A program made the position numbers and the translations under genes. The notes below the pieces were generated by a model. It was not told the origin of the DNA. It saw only the letters and a program-made list of their open reading frames with translations, and made no database searches. Positions 48,041 to 60,747 of a DNA stretch of 64,000 bases are shown here, in pieces. The DNA lies in assembly GCA_965153285.1 (NCBI GenBank), contig OZ229115.1; one strand, written 5' to 3'. The first letter of the stretch is position 1. Every line of letters begins with the position of its first letter. This DNA comes from Podarcis tiliguerta. Taxonomy: Eukaryota.

Positions 48041-48749
48041 TCAGAACCCAGTTCTGAAAGTTACAGTTCTTATGATGATCAGCTGTGATAGAAACAGTTC
48101 AGGCAGACTGACGGAAAGTGATGGTTGGGAAAGCACCAAAGGCTGCTGGTCTCTTGGCAAAACCAATAGAATAGTCCTGCTTCCCTTCTCTCCTTCTGCT
48201 CTGCAGCCGGATTCCACCTGCCTTGCTTTGATCTGGAGGGTCAGAAGCTGTGCTCTTTTGCAACTTAAAGTGTTTGTGTACCTAGGACTGCATTGCATAA
48301 GATTACCTTTGGGTCTTGTATAGCTCTGTAATTCAACCCAAGTCACAGCTTGCAAACTAATTCTGGGGCTCATATAGAAAGGTGCTTTCAAGGCATGTGA
48401 GGAGGAAAATTCTATCAAGTCTCCCACCATCAGCCATTTCTAATCATGAGATGTGGTAACAGCCTCCTGTTGTGACGGGATACTAAAGAAAACCAGTTCC
48501 TAAAATGATATAATTTTGTATGCATTGTTATTTATTCTATGATTTGGCTGTATGCTTTTTATTTAGTGTTCTATACACCATATCTGTAGGGTGGGTTATA
48601 AATACTTTAATAAAATAAAAATAAATCATAAATGTACATCAGCTTTGTAATATGCTATTATCTGCATCTACCTTAAGATTCATAAATGCTTTCGTAAATT
48701 GGAAAAATCCTGTAAGCCAGGCCCCAAATGCAGCCATTATTTCTATTAA

Positions 48750-48970
48750 TATATTTATTTGTATCCTGTCCTTCCTCTAAGTAGCTCAGGGTGAAATATA
48801 TGGTTCCTCTTCCCTTCTATGATCACACAAGTCACGTGAGTTAGGTTAGGCTGAGAGGCAGGAAACAGGCCCAATGTCAAATAGCAGGCTTTGTAGCTGA
48901 GCAAGGATTTCAACTCCAGCCTTCCTGGTCTAAGTCCAACACTCTAGTGACTGTCACTACACCACACTTA
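48750..48970 (-). mobile_element. MIR-like SINE
   Basis: Reverse tail atttatttgtatcctgtccttcctc, core gtgagttaggttaggctgagag, reverse B box ggatttcaactcc, head cactacaccacact. Confidence 0.7.
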
Positions 48971-50239
48971 CTCTCACGAGGCCACAGGCAGCTTTTGCTA
49001 CATGTTTGAGGTGGCCTTTGGCCCCAGCAATTCTTTATGGGATGCTATTTTCCACAACTCTTGAACACAGTCGTGTTCTAAAGGAAAAAAGTCTCAAAGA
49101 GCTGTATTTCTGTCAACCAAGCCCACATTGGGGCTTTCTGACGGCTGTCTTAACAATGGCAAGGCTGGTGAGACATCTTCATTAAGCACAGTCTCAGCCA
49201 CTTGCAAGGTCTCCCATGAATGTCCACCTGCCCTTTCGGACTAACTCTTCTTCACTACTTTTCCTAAGTCCCAACTCTTTACTGCAGACAATTTGAACAC
49301 TGAATTTGTACTGTTGCAAAGAACTCCAGCATTGGAATCACCAGCACCTTGAAATTACCATATGACAGGACACAAGCTGTAATAAAAATATCTTTACCTG
49401 TCAGTGAAAGACAGTCAGAGAAGGAGCCACCCACATTTTGTGAAGCAATGTCTATCTCCTGTTCCCATAAAATACTGAAGCATATAGTATTTATTCACAG
49501 AAATGCAGGGCATTCTCCTCCAATGTGGTACCCACTCTTTGGAACTCCTTCCTCTGGCAGATCAGACTGGCAAGGTTGTGAAGAGTTGGTGAAAAACTGC
49601 ACACCAAGGTGCTTGTGGCTTGTGGGCTTTCATGACTGTTCTTTGTGTTTTTCAATAGTGTTTTATTATGATGGGTTTAGATGGCCTTGAGTTCCTAGCA
49701 ATGCCTAGAAAGAGTTCTGAAAATGTTTATGCAGAAACAAATAGATGAATAAATGCAGGGTAGACTACCTGGGCATATAGTGGGAGGGCAAGGACCTGCA
49801 CTGGAGAAAAAATTACTCAGCCTCTGTGATTAATACCACTCACCCAGCCCTGATGCATACATAATGCTGCTCAATAGTAATGAAGTGTTAACAGAGCCAT
49901 TTCCTCAGAAATTCCTTTTTATCTTTCCATAAGTCTTTATAAAGGCAGAAGCAACGGCATTTCCCACCTGTCAGGATATTTGTGGAATGGGACAAGTCAC
50001 TTACGACACTTCTGATAGTTCTGTTTTATTTATGAAGGAGTTGGACAGACATCCAGTTAAGAAAAACATCAATCTATTTAACCTGGTAGGTTCTACAGAG
50101 TTTTCTTGAGTCTCAGGAAGACGTCCTTCTCAGCCCTGCTACGTGAGAACTTTTTAACCAGATAACCCGATGTTCTTCCACACTTGTCTCACCTCAGAAG
50201 TTTCTCCAGTGGCAGACACTAGACTGGTACCTACCAACA

Positions 50240-50423
50240 TAACCTTATGCCAAGTCAGACACTGGTCCATCCAGCTCATTGTTGTCTATACAGACTGGCT
50301 TGTGGCTCGCCAGGGTTTTAGACAGAGAAGTTTCCTCCAGACCTACTTGGAGGTGCCAGGCACTGAACTTGGTACTTTTTGCATGTAAACCATGTGCTCT
50401 TCTACAGAACTACATTCCTTCCC
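50240..50423 (-). mobile_element. tRNA-derived squamate SINE
   Basis: Reverse complement reads gggaaggaatgtagttctgtagaagagcacatgg...agttcagtgcctggcacctcc...aaaaccctgg...gagctggatggaccagtgtctgacttggcataagg. Confidence 0.7.
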
Positions 50424-50544
50424 CTTGTAGTGAGGGCATGGTCCACAAACCTGAAACCACACTTGGAGGCAGTATACGCCTGAAAACCAGTTTGTGGAAA
50501 CCACAGGAAGGTAGGCAAAGTGCTCACATGCTCATGCCCTGCAT

Positions 50545-50630
50545 GCAAGTTTCCCACAGGCATCTGGCTGGATGCTATGAGAACAGGATTCTGGACTAGA
50601 TGGGACATTAACTCTTCTTACATTCTAATG
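50545..50630 (+). mobile_element. Short CR1-type 3'-tail fragment
   Basis: ttcccacaggcatctggctgg...gagaacaggattctggactagatggg...ttcttacattctaatg; opposite orientation to 47768-48040. Confidence 0.65.
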
Positions 50631-51068
50631 AGATGCTACATCTGGTCTCTTCTCTGTGCTACACTCAATTTTATAGCCACAAACTAAAAAAAAAGTCCAC
50701 ACTGGGGCCACTGAAAGTGCTTATGTGCACAACAAGAATGATGGGAGAAAGAAACGAACCAGCAGCTGACTGCAAATATAACCTCTGTTCACCAGAAAGC
50801 TCTCTGTAAACTCTGCCGAAATGAGAGCTGAGCCTTGCAGCTACACGGAAGCTTTGCAATATGGGCATTGCCTATTCCTTTGTATAAAGACAGAGATGGC
50901 AAGCCTGGATGTGAAAAGCCATGGCATGGTCAGATACAGTAAGGCTAGAACTGTGCCCCCTTCCCCTCCATGAGATAACGACCAGGCTGATATTGAAGGA
51001 TAACAGTGGTTCGGCAATAAGAGGGGGGGAAGCAATTTCATCTTTATTAGTGGGAGAATTCTCTTTAG

Positions 51069-51208
51069 NNNNNNNNNNNNNNNNNNNNNNNNNNNNNNNN
51101 NNNNNNNNNNNNNNNNNNNNNNNNNNNNNNNNNNNNNNNNNNNNNNNNNNNNNNNNNNNNNNNNNNNNNNNNNNNNNNNNNNNNNNNNNNNNNNNNNNNN
51201 NNNNNNNN
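51069..51208. other. Assembly gap
   Basis: Run of 140 N. Confidence 1.
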
Positions 51209-54200
51209 GAGGAGTGGAGATTTTTTTTCCTACTTTGCGCAAAAAAAAATCCTCATAAAGTGTTTATTAAGAGCGGGTAAGAAGGGGATAATGATGTGTT
51301 TGGAAATTAAGGCAATCAAACATTTAATGCTATGCACTCCTGTAGGCAAAAGCATTCAAATGAGTCAATTAGACATCCATTATCCAGGCACGATTAAACA
51401 CGGCAGAACGAGAGGCTGTCCGCCCCAGTGCCTGTTTGTGCTGAGGACTTATGCCCACTTAAAGCTGGCTAATAAAACACTAAACTTGGAAGAGGATGCA
51501 AAATGCGGGTGGGGGGGGGGGTAGGCAAAGGAAGGAAGGTAAGACATAAGGAAGTGGATTGCCAGGATGACAGGCAGGCCATGAGAGGAGGGACAATGAT
51601 GTAGTGGTGTCTTGTGGACCAGGGTTTCATAAATCACAATAATTAAGTTAACACGGAAATCAACTTCACCATCCCGTTAAATTACAGCATTTGCATATTA
51701 GGGCTCAAATGAAGTCTGTGTTTTGGCAGGACAAGGAGCGGGCTGGAGAGAGGGGAAAAGTAGGGTGGGAGGGGAGGAAGGAGGGAGCTGATAAGGGATC
51801 CATTTATTATGGTGAATAACTAATTTCAGAATTTATAGTGCTGGATTTTCGTCCCCATGCCATTTATATTACCGGTGGAAATTAAGGGGCGGGCAGGAGG
51901 CTGGCTGGACATCTTTCTGCGTTATTGCTTGTCTGCCATTTGCAAATCATTATTAATTGTGGCCCACGCACATGGTGCAGCAGGCCACAGCGCCTGGACA
52001 GACAGTGCCAGCACACATATCTCTTCATCAGGCCCCCAGCCACTGGCCCTGAGAGGCAATTACCCCTCCCTGATTGGTATCAGATAAGGAGGGAATTTTT
52101 ACAAATTAGAGAATAAATAGGATTTCCACACATGGAGCAGAGAGGACTTGAGAGGCGGTAATGAAAAACGATACATCACCATCAGCTAGACAATCCTATT
52201 CATACAGTCCTGTATTATGCTCACCACTCATAAAAATCCCACCAAATGACAGACAGACACCGACAACATGTCTTGCAAAATCAGACACACTCCCCATCCT
52301 CAGAGTTTCCTTGGGCAGTTATAGGGGACCTTTCCCTCCAAAATGGCTACCACTAGAGATGCAATCCTGCCAACAGCTGGTTTTTTTCACATAAGGATTT
52401 CCCTGGGCTACTGAAGCCATGCCTTCAGGTTTCAACGTCCTGTCCCGTAACTGGAGATGTGAGGTGTGGACTGTGAGTATACAGCGTGGGAGATGCTCAT
52501 TTTGCACATCATCCTTAAAAATACTTCTCTGTTAGCACTTCACCTAGACCAGGGCTGGACCCAGCACTGAGAGGAATGAGCTGGAGTTGCACTGAAGACT
52601 GATTACCAGTTTTCCACCAGAAAGACCGGGGCAAAACTAATGAATATATTTTAGAGATACAAAACTAATTTTCTCCATCATGCCAAATTTGACTGGCAAT
52701 TCTGTTTTGTTTTTAAATTCCCATAGCATATTAACATAAGAAAACTGATTCTGTTGCAAATCACAGCCTTGAGTGGACTCCCTCTTGCTATCTCTAAACT
52801 ATGCCTTAATTCCCTTGGAATCTGTTTGGCATAATTATATCCCAAGAGGCATTCATTTCTGCACTTCAGATAGAATTTTGGGGGTATACAAAGCCTGGCT
52901 TAGAATAGCAGCAAAAATATCTGCAGGCTTTCTAAGTGACTTCCTTGTAGTGCAGCGTAATGTCTCTCTCCTGGGAATTAGTATACCACTCTGCAAGGGA
53001 GGATTTTTGTGCTATACAGTTCCTATAGGTGTTAAGACACTTCAGAAATCCAGCATGCATCCGAGCAGGGAGGCAAAGATGACTCAAAACTCACCAGTTG
53101 CTCAGGATCTGGGCCAATCCAGAATGACAGACCCAGTTCCCTCTGTGAAATGGACTTGGACAGTTATTAATCTGGGCTTGGTTAAGAGATCTTGCTATGA
53201 CTTGTTTTAAAGGTTTCCACATTGGCTGATGTACCTAGCCAGACCTCAGTCTAAGCAAAATTATGAGAACTCCTCCCCAAGTATGACTCATCATTTGACA
53301 GCACTAATTCTGGTCCCTATAATCCACAGAAACCACTTTCACTTCAGAATATGCCTTGGTCCCACACTGCTCCCTTTACAATGCTCCTCTAATGTCAGAG
53401 ACAGGAGAAGACGGGCATCTGCAAGGAGACAGAAAGCAAACTGGAATCTTCCATCCTGGATTTGCAGTTAGTCCTCCACTGGGGAAACCATGATATTAAT
53501 AGCCCTTACAAGGTTACTGGTTTGATCCACACATGACTATGTTCAATTATAACCTTTAATTAACCCCCCTCATAATTCTACAGCCACATGTCCTGGTCTG
53601 CAATATTTCAGAGAAGAATCTTAGGGCCAAATAAATGGGAGAACATTTCAGGCTATAGCAATTAAATGAATTTTTGGAAGTATAGATGTTAGGCACGAGA
53701 GTCTCAATCCTGATTCGGAGGAGGAATTTAAACCCTTTGCCGTCATTGCAGTCCCAATCCAGACCAGGCCCCCATACCTGCTACACCAGCTATATTCACT
53801 TAAATGAACATTCATACAATTGCTAACTGAATGGTACCATGGTTAAGTTGGCCCACAGGCAGTTATACTTTGGCAACAACATCGTTTTCTGTGCAAGTTC
53901 CAGTGAAATAAATGGCAACTGAGCCAAAGCATTTTCCTGTTTTTGAGCAAGTCCCATTCATCACAGGAGCCTCACACAGAAGATGCTCAGGCTTACTGTG
54001 CCATAGATTGAGTGGCTGTGTGATGCTATGGAGAACAGCTTAAAACATACCTAATGACCAGAAAGGACCCCAAATGGGATTTAAACTGGGGCAGAATTTG
54101 TTAGAAAACAATTGTCACAATCCGTTATTTCTTCAACTTTCTTGTGCATTTAGATGCCTAATTGTATGTGCCAGCTTGATTTAGCCATTATTCCCCAGTT

Positions 54201-54229
54201 TTGCTCTGGTGGGTGTTCCCGGGAGCACT

Positions 54230-54233
<4 letters not shown>

Positions 54234-54266
<33 letters not shown>
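54234..54266. repeat. (CA)n microsatellite
   Basis: Uninterrupted CA run of about 16 units. Confidence 0.97.
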
Positions 54267-54267
<1 letters not shown>

Positions 54268-54657
54268 AGGCAGAGAGTGTAAGGGTCAGGGGTGAAGCAG
54301 GAGCCAATACTCTTAAGCTGAAAGGATCTCCATCCTTCACTGCTCCAAATCAACCAGCCAGGTGTTTGACTGTCTTGGCAATGGGGATGGATTGCCATTT
54401 CCGGCACAGAAGCTGTTCTACATGCAGTTTGAAATGCGTAAGAGAGCTCAGAGACTGGGAGTTGGGGGAGGGGGACACGGTGAAGGTCTGCACTATGGAA
54501 AGATACATCGTTAGGTAGTGCCTGAAGCACAACTGTGTTTAAAATGGAAACACCAGGGGAATTGCCCGTATTCGTCTGTGACTATTGCGGGGGAAAGGGT
54601 TTGAGTATGGAGACTGCTAGCCCCAAGTGATCCAGCATCTCTTTTTGAACAAGAGTA

Positions 54658-54853
54658 TAGTGGTACCTAAGTTTACGAACTTAATCCGTTCCTGAAGTCC
54701 ATTCTTAAACCAAATCCGTTCTTAAACTGAGGCACGCTTTCCCTAATGAGCCCCCCCCCCCCCCGCCACTGGTGCCCTTCCACCATTCAGCTTCCATTCG
54801 TAGACTGAGGTAAAGTTCGCAAACCAGATAGTTTGTAAACCAAGGTACCACTG
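54658..54853. mobile_element. Tc1/mariner (Tigger-like) MITE
   Basis: TA-flanked; TIRs tagtggtacctaagtttacgaac and gtttgtaaaccaaggtaccactg. Confidence 0.85.
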
Positions 54854-57198
54854 TATATGTGGGAGCGGTACTATTTTCCACTCCCTGATCTTCCATGGAT
54901 CTCCTGTGTGATCACAGACAAGAACATGCTCTGGGCTACTTCCCAAACTCTACTATAGGTAATTCTGATTACAAAAAGTGGGAGAACACTGAACTTTTCA
55001 CAGCGTTGTTCCATGGATCTAGTGTAGAAGGAGGTAAGAAGTCACAATTCAATAGCTGAAAATGTTATTCTAAAAGCAACATTGGGAAGGCAGAGTGTGG
55101 GGCAAACAGCAGTAGTGTATACCTGCCTGCAAGGACATTGCCTCCTCTCTCACTAGAAGAAATGGCTAGAGCAATACTGCTTCTGGTATACAGCCATATA
55201 TTCTCTAGGGGAAGGTCAGACCTCTGCTCGCTGTAAAGGAGTCATGTCTTAGCACTTATCCTCACAATATTTATGGCAAGTTTATGCCTGGCTGTTAAAG
55301 TCAGCAGTAGTTACTGCTGATAAAGGCAGGGCTCTGCTCCCTGGAACTTTCTGCCCTTGCTAAACTGCTCATCGCTGTCTCTTGGCTGCTCCTGCTGAGA
55401 GCCTCACATGAACACTGGGGTTTCCTTTCCAGCAATGAGAAATTTCAATACTCGCTGCAGAAAAGCACCAGTCACCTCTGCAGGCACTGAGGCGCCTCTG
55501 GGTTCTATATTCCTATGCTTGGATTGCTACAAGCAAGGACCGGCTTTTTCTGTCTACACTTGCACCATGTGCTAGGGACTATAGCCTGGCCTCATAGGTA
55601 CCTTCACAATCAAAGATTTTAAAATTAAATTATAATGATCACCCATTCATCTCCACTGAAGCCCCACTGGTCTCTTGTGGATATCCTGGGTTGCAAGAGG
55701 AACCTGGTCCTAAATATTAACAGGTATTTTTGCTTTATTGGTATCTTACACAAGAAGTATGTGACGAGCAAGAAGTGGTGGATCTTATCTTCCCAAATAG
55801 CTGCTTGCATCCTTACCACCAGATAGAAAGGAGATGCGCCCTTTGAGTAGGGTAGGTGGTGAGAGGTGGTCTTCCAGCTACTCCACTTGCCCGTTATTTT
55901 TACCTTGTCAATAAATTATTTTTACCATATTCGCTGACTTGAGAGCAGGTGCCCTTCCATCCCTTTCCATCCACTGCTCATGAGTGGGATTCAGCTAATA
56001 AGACCATTAATGGAATCCCTATGCAAGGGCTTTCATTTGTGCAACAGGGGCTTTCCCACCTGCACCCCCCAAAATTGGCTCTTGGGCAGGGGGAGAACCC
56101 TTGGAACAGCCTGCTCAGGAAGGAAAGGGGATATTGTTCAGTCTGCAAGCCAAAATGCTTGCCCTGATGCAACAATCACCTTAGCACGGCACTGAATCCC
56201 TCCCCACGTCTCACCAGCAAGCCTTGAACAACCTCCTGGTCACTTCCTGGTTCAGCTGAAGCTACTGGGATTGGGACCCTAATTAGGAAGAGACATCAAA
56301 GTCAAAATGGGAGAATCTGTTAAGTAGAGCTACTTCTCCCTGAGAGTGACACACCATGACAAGAAAAAGGAATGAAAGGGAAGGGTTGCAATTCCGGAGC
56401 TTCCAAGAGTCCTAATATAAAGTTTTCTGCTTTAAAGCCAGGCGAGATGGCCTAGTTATTGCGTTGAAAGGCTTCGGAATGAAACTGCAGAGCTACACTC
56501 AAAATCTTTCAAATAAGCCCAGCTTCATTTTGGCAGGTCCAGCAAGGCAGAGGCACTGATTGCACACAGAAGGCCAGCTCTCTTTATCTTGGAGGGAGAC
56601 CTGCCTATTTTTAAACATTAGCTCCCAATCCTCAGTCCAGCCCTTTGTCTCTCTTGCCTTCGGAAGGACAGATCAAACGCCAGACCCTTGCCATTGTTTC
56701 TCTCCCAGCGAGAAGGATGCAGAGCTGTAATCTTCCCACAAAGCCACACGCTTCAAAGGAATCAAAAGTGCTTATTAAAAGTCCTGGGAAACTAATTTAA
56801 TAACATCCCAAAGGGCTGGAAAAATCAGCACCGGAGGCTCAAAATATAGCCAGGGGTGAGGAACTATTTTATCTAGCTACAGATGCACAACAGCCTCCTG
56901 TGCTCAAGAGGGAGTTTCTTCCATCTCCACAAGGGAAGAATCTACATTTGTTTTGTGCCTTTAAATCTGGTACTCTGCCTACTGATCGTTCTTTGCCAGG
57001 ACTACTTCTAAAAATCCACAGCTCTTCATCAGACTACACGGGCTCTAATGAACTGATCAACATTATCAGTAGCCTCAAAAAACTTTTATTATGAAAAGCA
57101 ACCAATAATGTTATGTATCTCTCTGGGTCCCCACCAAAGACAAGGACCACACTTTCAACAATAGCAGAATTTACAAGAAAGCCATTCTAGGAGGTAAC

Positions 57199-57200
<2 letters not shown>

Positions 57201-57239
<39 letters not shown>
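57201..57239. repeat. (TG)n microsatellite
   Basis: Uninterrupted TG run of about 19 units. Confidence 0.97.
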
Positions 57240-57241
<2 letters not shown>

Positions 57242-57386
57242 TTGCAAGTGTGGGGAGACAATAGATTAATAAATCAAAGCATAGGATAATTTATTTATTA
57301 AACTATTACTTTAAGGATTAGCTATGGGCACTGCTTTTAGAAATGAAGTTGAAGCTTAAATTTACCTGGTTTTGCATATGCCTATA

Positions 57387-57600
57387 CAGTCTTATTTTGA
57401 TTTTCAAACCATTTAGTTCAAACGTTTTGGCTCCCAAATGCCACGAACCCGGAAGTGACTGTTCCGGTTTGCAAACTATTTTGGGAAGCCAAACATCTGA
57501 CGGGGCTTCCAATTGGCTGCAGGAAACTTTGGTTTCCGAACGTTTTGGAAGTCAAACGCACTTCCAGAATGGATTCTGTTCGACTTCCAAGGTACGACTG
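57387..57600. mobile_element. Tc1/mariner (Tigger-like) MITE
   Basis: TA-flanked; cagtcttattttgattttcaaac (diverged) and gttcgacttccaaggtacgactg; interior aacccggaag and cttccagaatggatt shared with 60524-60747. Confidence 0.8.
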
Positions 57601-57617
57601 TATTGAATGGCTTAGCA

Positions 57618-57753
57618 CAGGAATAGGCAAACTCATCCCTCCAGATGTTTTGGGACTACAATTCCCATCATCCCTGACCACTGGTCCTGTTAGCTAGGGA
57701 TCATGGGAGTTGTAGTCCCATAACACCTGGAGGGCCAAGTTTGCCTATGCCTG
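57618..57753. mobile_element. Palindromic hAT MITE (136 bp), same core as 19319-19454 in reverse orientation
   Basis: TIRs caggaataggcaaact / agtttgcctatgcctg; perfect 8-bp TSD gcttagca at 57610-57617 and 57754-57761. Confidence 0.92.
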
Positions 57754-57840
57754 GCTTAGCATATATTATAACCCCCAGGGGTTGTTGGACTAGAATTCCT
57801 TCAGCTACAGCCAGAAGACCAATAGGGATGACAGAAGCTG

Positions 57841-57922
57841 GAGAAGGAACCATGTAGTTCAAGTGGCAGAGCACCTGCTTTCCATGCAGAAAGTCTTGGA
57901 TTCAGTTCCCAGCATCTCCAGG
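57841..57922 (+). mobile_element. tRNA-derived SINE head only
   Basis: gtagttcaagtggcagagcacctgctttccatgcagaaagtcttggattcagttcccagcatctccagg. Confidence 0.65.
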
Positions 57923-58489
57923 AAAATGCACAACCCCATATTCTTAAACTCCAGCTACCTTAAGCAAAAGCTTGTGCATAAAGCTGCCAATCCCCACAAA
58001 CAAATAACTCCCAGAAAATAAATAAAATAGAATCAGACAGAATAAAGATTTGGTATAATTGTCTGCATCAGTGGAGCTACAACATTCTTGTAGGAAATAA
58101 AAAATGTTGGATTGTGATGATGTCCTAACAAGATTATCTCATGCCCAAAGTTGGCCTCGGGTTCTAGCAGCCCTCAAATGTCAAAAGATGACTGATCAAG
58201 AAAGTTATTAAGATTAATATGCAGAAAAAGTATTGTTTCTTCCAACTTCACATTTACATGAGGTTAATATGGTGAAGTTGACCCAGGAAAAGAAAGCTGC
58301 ATCTTAGAATCTTGCTGAGTGTCACCATGATAACTGATTCAGACTGAATCTAAAGAAAAAACAAGCCTGCTGCAGTTGAAAGTCTCCTGCTTTTCACCAT
58401 ATGCAGCATTATAGCTGTGGTAACAATTGCATTCATATAACTATTTGGAACATCTGCAGAACTTCACATACAGTACACTGCTTTCTTGT

Positions 58490-58777
58490 AGTTCTTACAA
58501 CAGCCCTTTTAGGTAGGCCAGACTTCTTTTTGCTTCAGTAGGCATTTTAAGAAGATTTTACTGATTAATTTTCTCTATTGTATCTTTCTTCTAACCTATG
58601 ATATTAAGTGGATATAAATTGTTGAAATAAATATTCTTATCAGCATAGCACAGACTGGGGGAAGAGGGATGGAGCTGAAAGTTGGTTGCTTAAGTGAGTT
58701 TGTAACACTGCCAAAACGTAAACAGAGAAGTTTGCAAGTCACAGCTCAGTCTCTTAGTCACTATGCTACACCAGCTG
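58490..58777 (-). mobile_element. Old, interrupted MIR-like SINE remnant
   Basis: cttacaacagcccttttaggtaggcc at one end and ctcttagtcactatgctacaccagct at the other. Confidence 0.45.
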
Positions 58778-58830
58778 ATTGATTTATCAACATAAGGGGG
58801 CATGCAACAAAATGTTGCAGCATCTTAGAG

Positions 58831-59036
58831 CAGAGCTTTCCAAATTTTTCATGTTGGTGACACCCTTTTTAGACATGCATCATTTCGTGACACTGTAATT
58901 CAGTTTTACTAGCAAACTGGAGGTTAAACTAACCTCTTTTCAGCCCTGGGAGGAGCCCAGGGAACGTTCGTGCGGCACACCTACACACTGCAGCCGACAC
59001 ACTAACGTGTCACAACACACAATTTGGAAAGCTCTG
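58831..59036. mobile_element. Non-autonomous hAT element (206 bp)
   Basis: Perfect 16-bp TIRs cagagctttccaaatt / aatttggaaagctctg; TSD tcttagag (58823-58830) / ccttagag (59037-59044), 7 of 8 identical. Confidence 0.92.
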
Positions 59037-59620
59037 CCTTAGAGGAATGCTTCTGTTCAAGGCTCTAGAGAGTCTGGACTGAGAGACATACAGACCTGCC
59101 CCGGCCTCTTGGGAAGCTGGGAAAGGAAAGGTACCCTGGCAAGACTTCCCCCTCTGGTGTTACAGCAACAGAGAGTTGCTAGCCCCAATATTTTATAACT
59201 ATTTAGCAGGGAACACACAGTTCTGGAGATGGGAAGAACATCTCATCTAATCTCATCCAACACTACCCCCCACCCCCACTTACTATAACTTGTCAGGGGC
59301 TTGAGCATGTCCATTCCTTCTCTTCTTCTGCCTTCCCATAAATGCTTTGTGTTCAAGTGGCATATGATGATTCCGTGTCTCAAACAGTTCTCAGGCACAA
59401 ACTTAATTCATAGACTCACACAGTTTGCCTGACCTTAAGTTTCTTTAGGTCATGTCAAAGTGGGTTTTTAAAAGTCATTTTCATTTAATATAATCCACAA
59501 ACCTGTGTACTTCTGTGTACCAGGGGTGTCCCCTGAGTAGGCAGAAGCCACTACCTTATTTTTGACTGGTTTTGTTTCAATTCCACACCAAGAGGGACTC
59601 AGCTACCTGAGCTCATTATT

Positions 59621-59770
59621 GGGAGCCTGGATAGCTCAGCTGGTTAGAGTGTGGTGCTGATAACAGCAAGGTTGCAGGTTTGATCCCTGTATGGTACAGC
59701 TGCAGATTCCTGCATTGAGGGGCTGGATTAGATGACCCCCAGGGTCCCTTCCAACTCTATGATTCTATGA
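59621..59770 (+). mobile_element. Short SINE with tRNA-Ile-derived head and CR1-derived tail
   Basis: Head tagctcagctggttagagtgtggtgctgataacagcaaggttgcaggtttgatccctgta resembles tRNA-Ile; tail gggtcccttccaactctatgattctatga matches the CR1 end at 22455 in reverse. Confidence 0.88.
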
Positions 59771-60523
59771 GCAAGTGGAATCCGTAGCAAAATGTATCAG
59801 TGTATCCCTGCCTCTCTTCCTGTTCTGGCGTCTGTGAGAAAGGAGTTTTGAAGTGCTGTTTAGGTCTCATTCAGGAGTATCAGGAAGGATGAAGACCCTG
59901 AATCCTTCTCCTGCCACACTATAGCATAAAGCTAGAAGGCTTAGGTTTGGGCCTGACTGCTAGGCCTGAACTCGCCCAGCACTGGGGTGGGACTTTTTAG
60001 ATGTGACAGCATGCATCCCTCAACCCAAATCTTCCCTGCATAATGATAAAGCTGCAGCTTGCGCTTGAAGAGACCACTAAATTTTTGAAGCATTCTCCTT
60101 CCCCATATAAAGTTTCTACTCTGTCTCTCAACTGCCTTCAACATTCCGTACATCCTGGAAGATCATAGATCCTTGTCAGAGTGTTCTGAGCCCTCCCCCC
60201 TTTAATTAACAAGAATATACTATACATAGGAAGTCCCTTGAGTATGCAGAAACCACTAACTTATTTTTGGGTGGACCCACTTAAAGAACCCTCATCCACC
60301 CAAGTTCACTATTAGAAGGAATGATGATACTCATAGGAATGGGATAGGGACTTTATCAGAATGCATGTCTTTCTGAGACTGCACACACAAAACAGAAATG
60401 CAGAAACTAAAAGAAATGTGAGAGAAATGTGAGGTTTCACTGTTGGACCCAAGGCATCAAACTAGGCAGAGCATGAAGCTGCCTCTATCACAATAATCCT
60501 GGCATGTGGAAGTCCAAGTGGAG

Positions 60524-60747
60524 TAGTCGTACCTTGGTTTAAGAACAGCTTAGTTTATGAACAACTTGGATTAAGAACGCTGCAAACCCGGAAGCAGGGA
60601 TTTTGGTTTGTGAACTTTGCTTTGGAAGCAGAACATGTTCCACTCCTGTTGAGTGTGTTCCATGTCCCCCGCTGCTATGGGAAAGCACACCTTGGTTTAA
60701 GAATAGACTTCCAGAATGGATTAAGTTTGTAAACCAAGGTACCGCTG
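60524..60747. mobile_element. Tc1/mariner (Tigger-like) MITE
   Basis: TIRs tagtcgtaccttggtttaagaac and gtttgtaaaccaaggtaccgctg; related to 54658-54853. Confidence 0.82.

Noticed and set aside
59625-59698. Functional tRNA-Ile gene
   Set aside because: Mutated stems and B box (ggtttgatcc), and direct fusion to a CR1 tail, identify it as a SINE.
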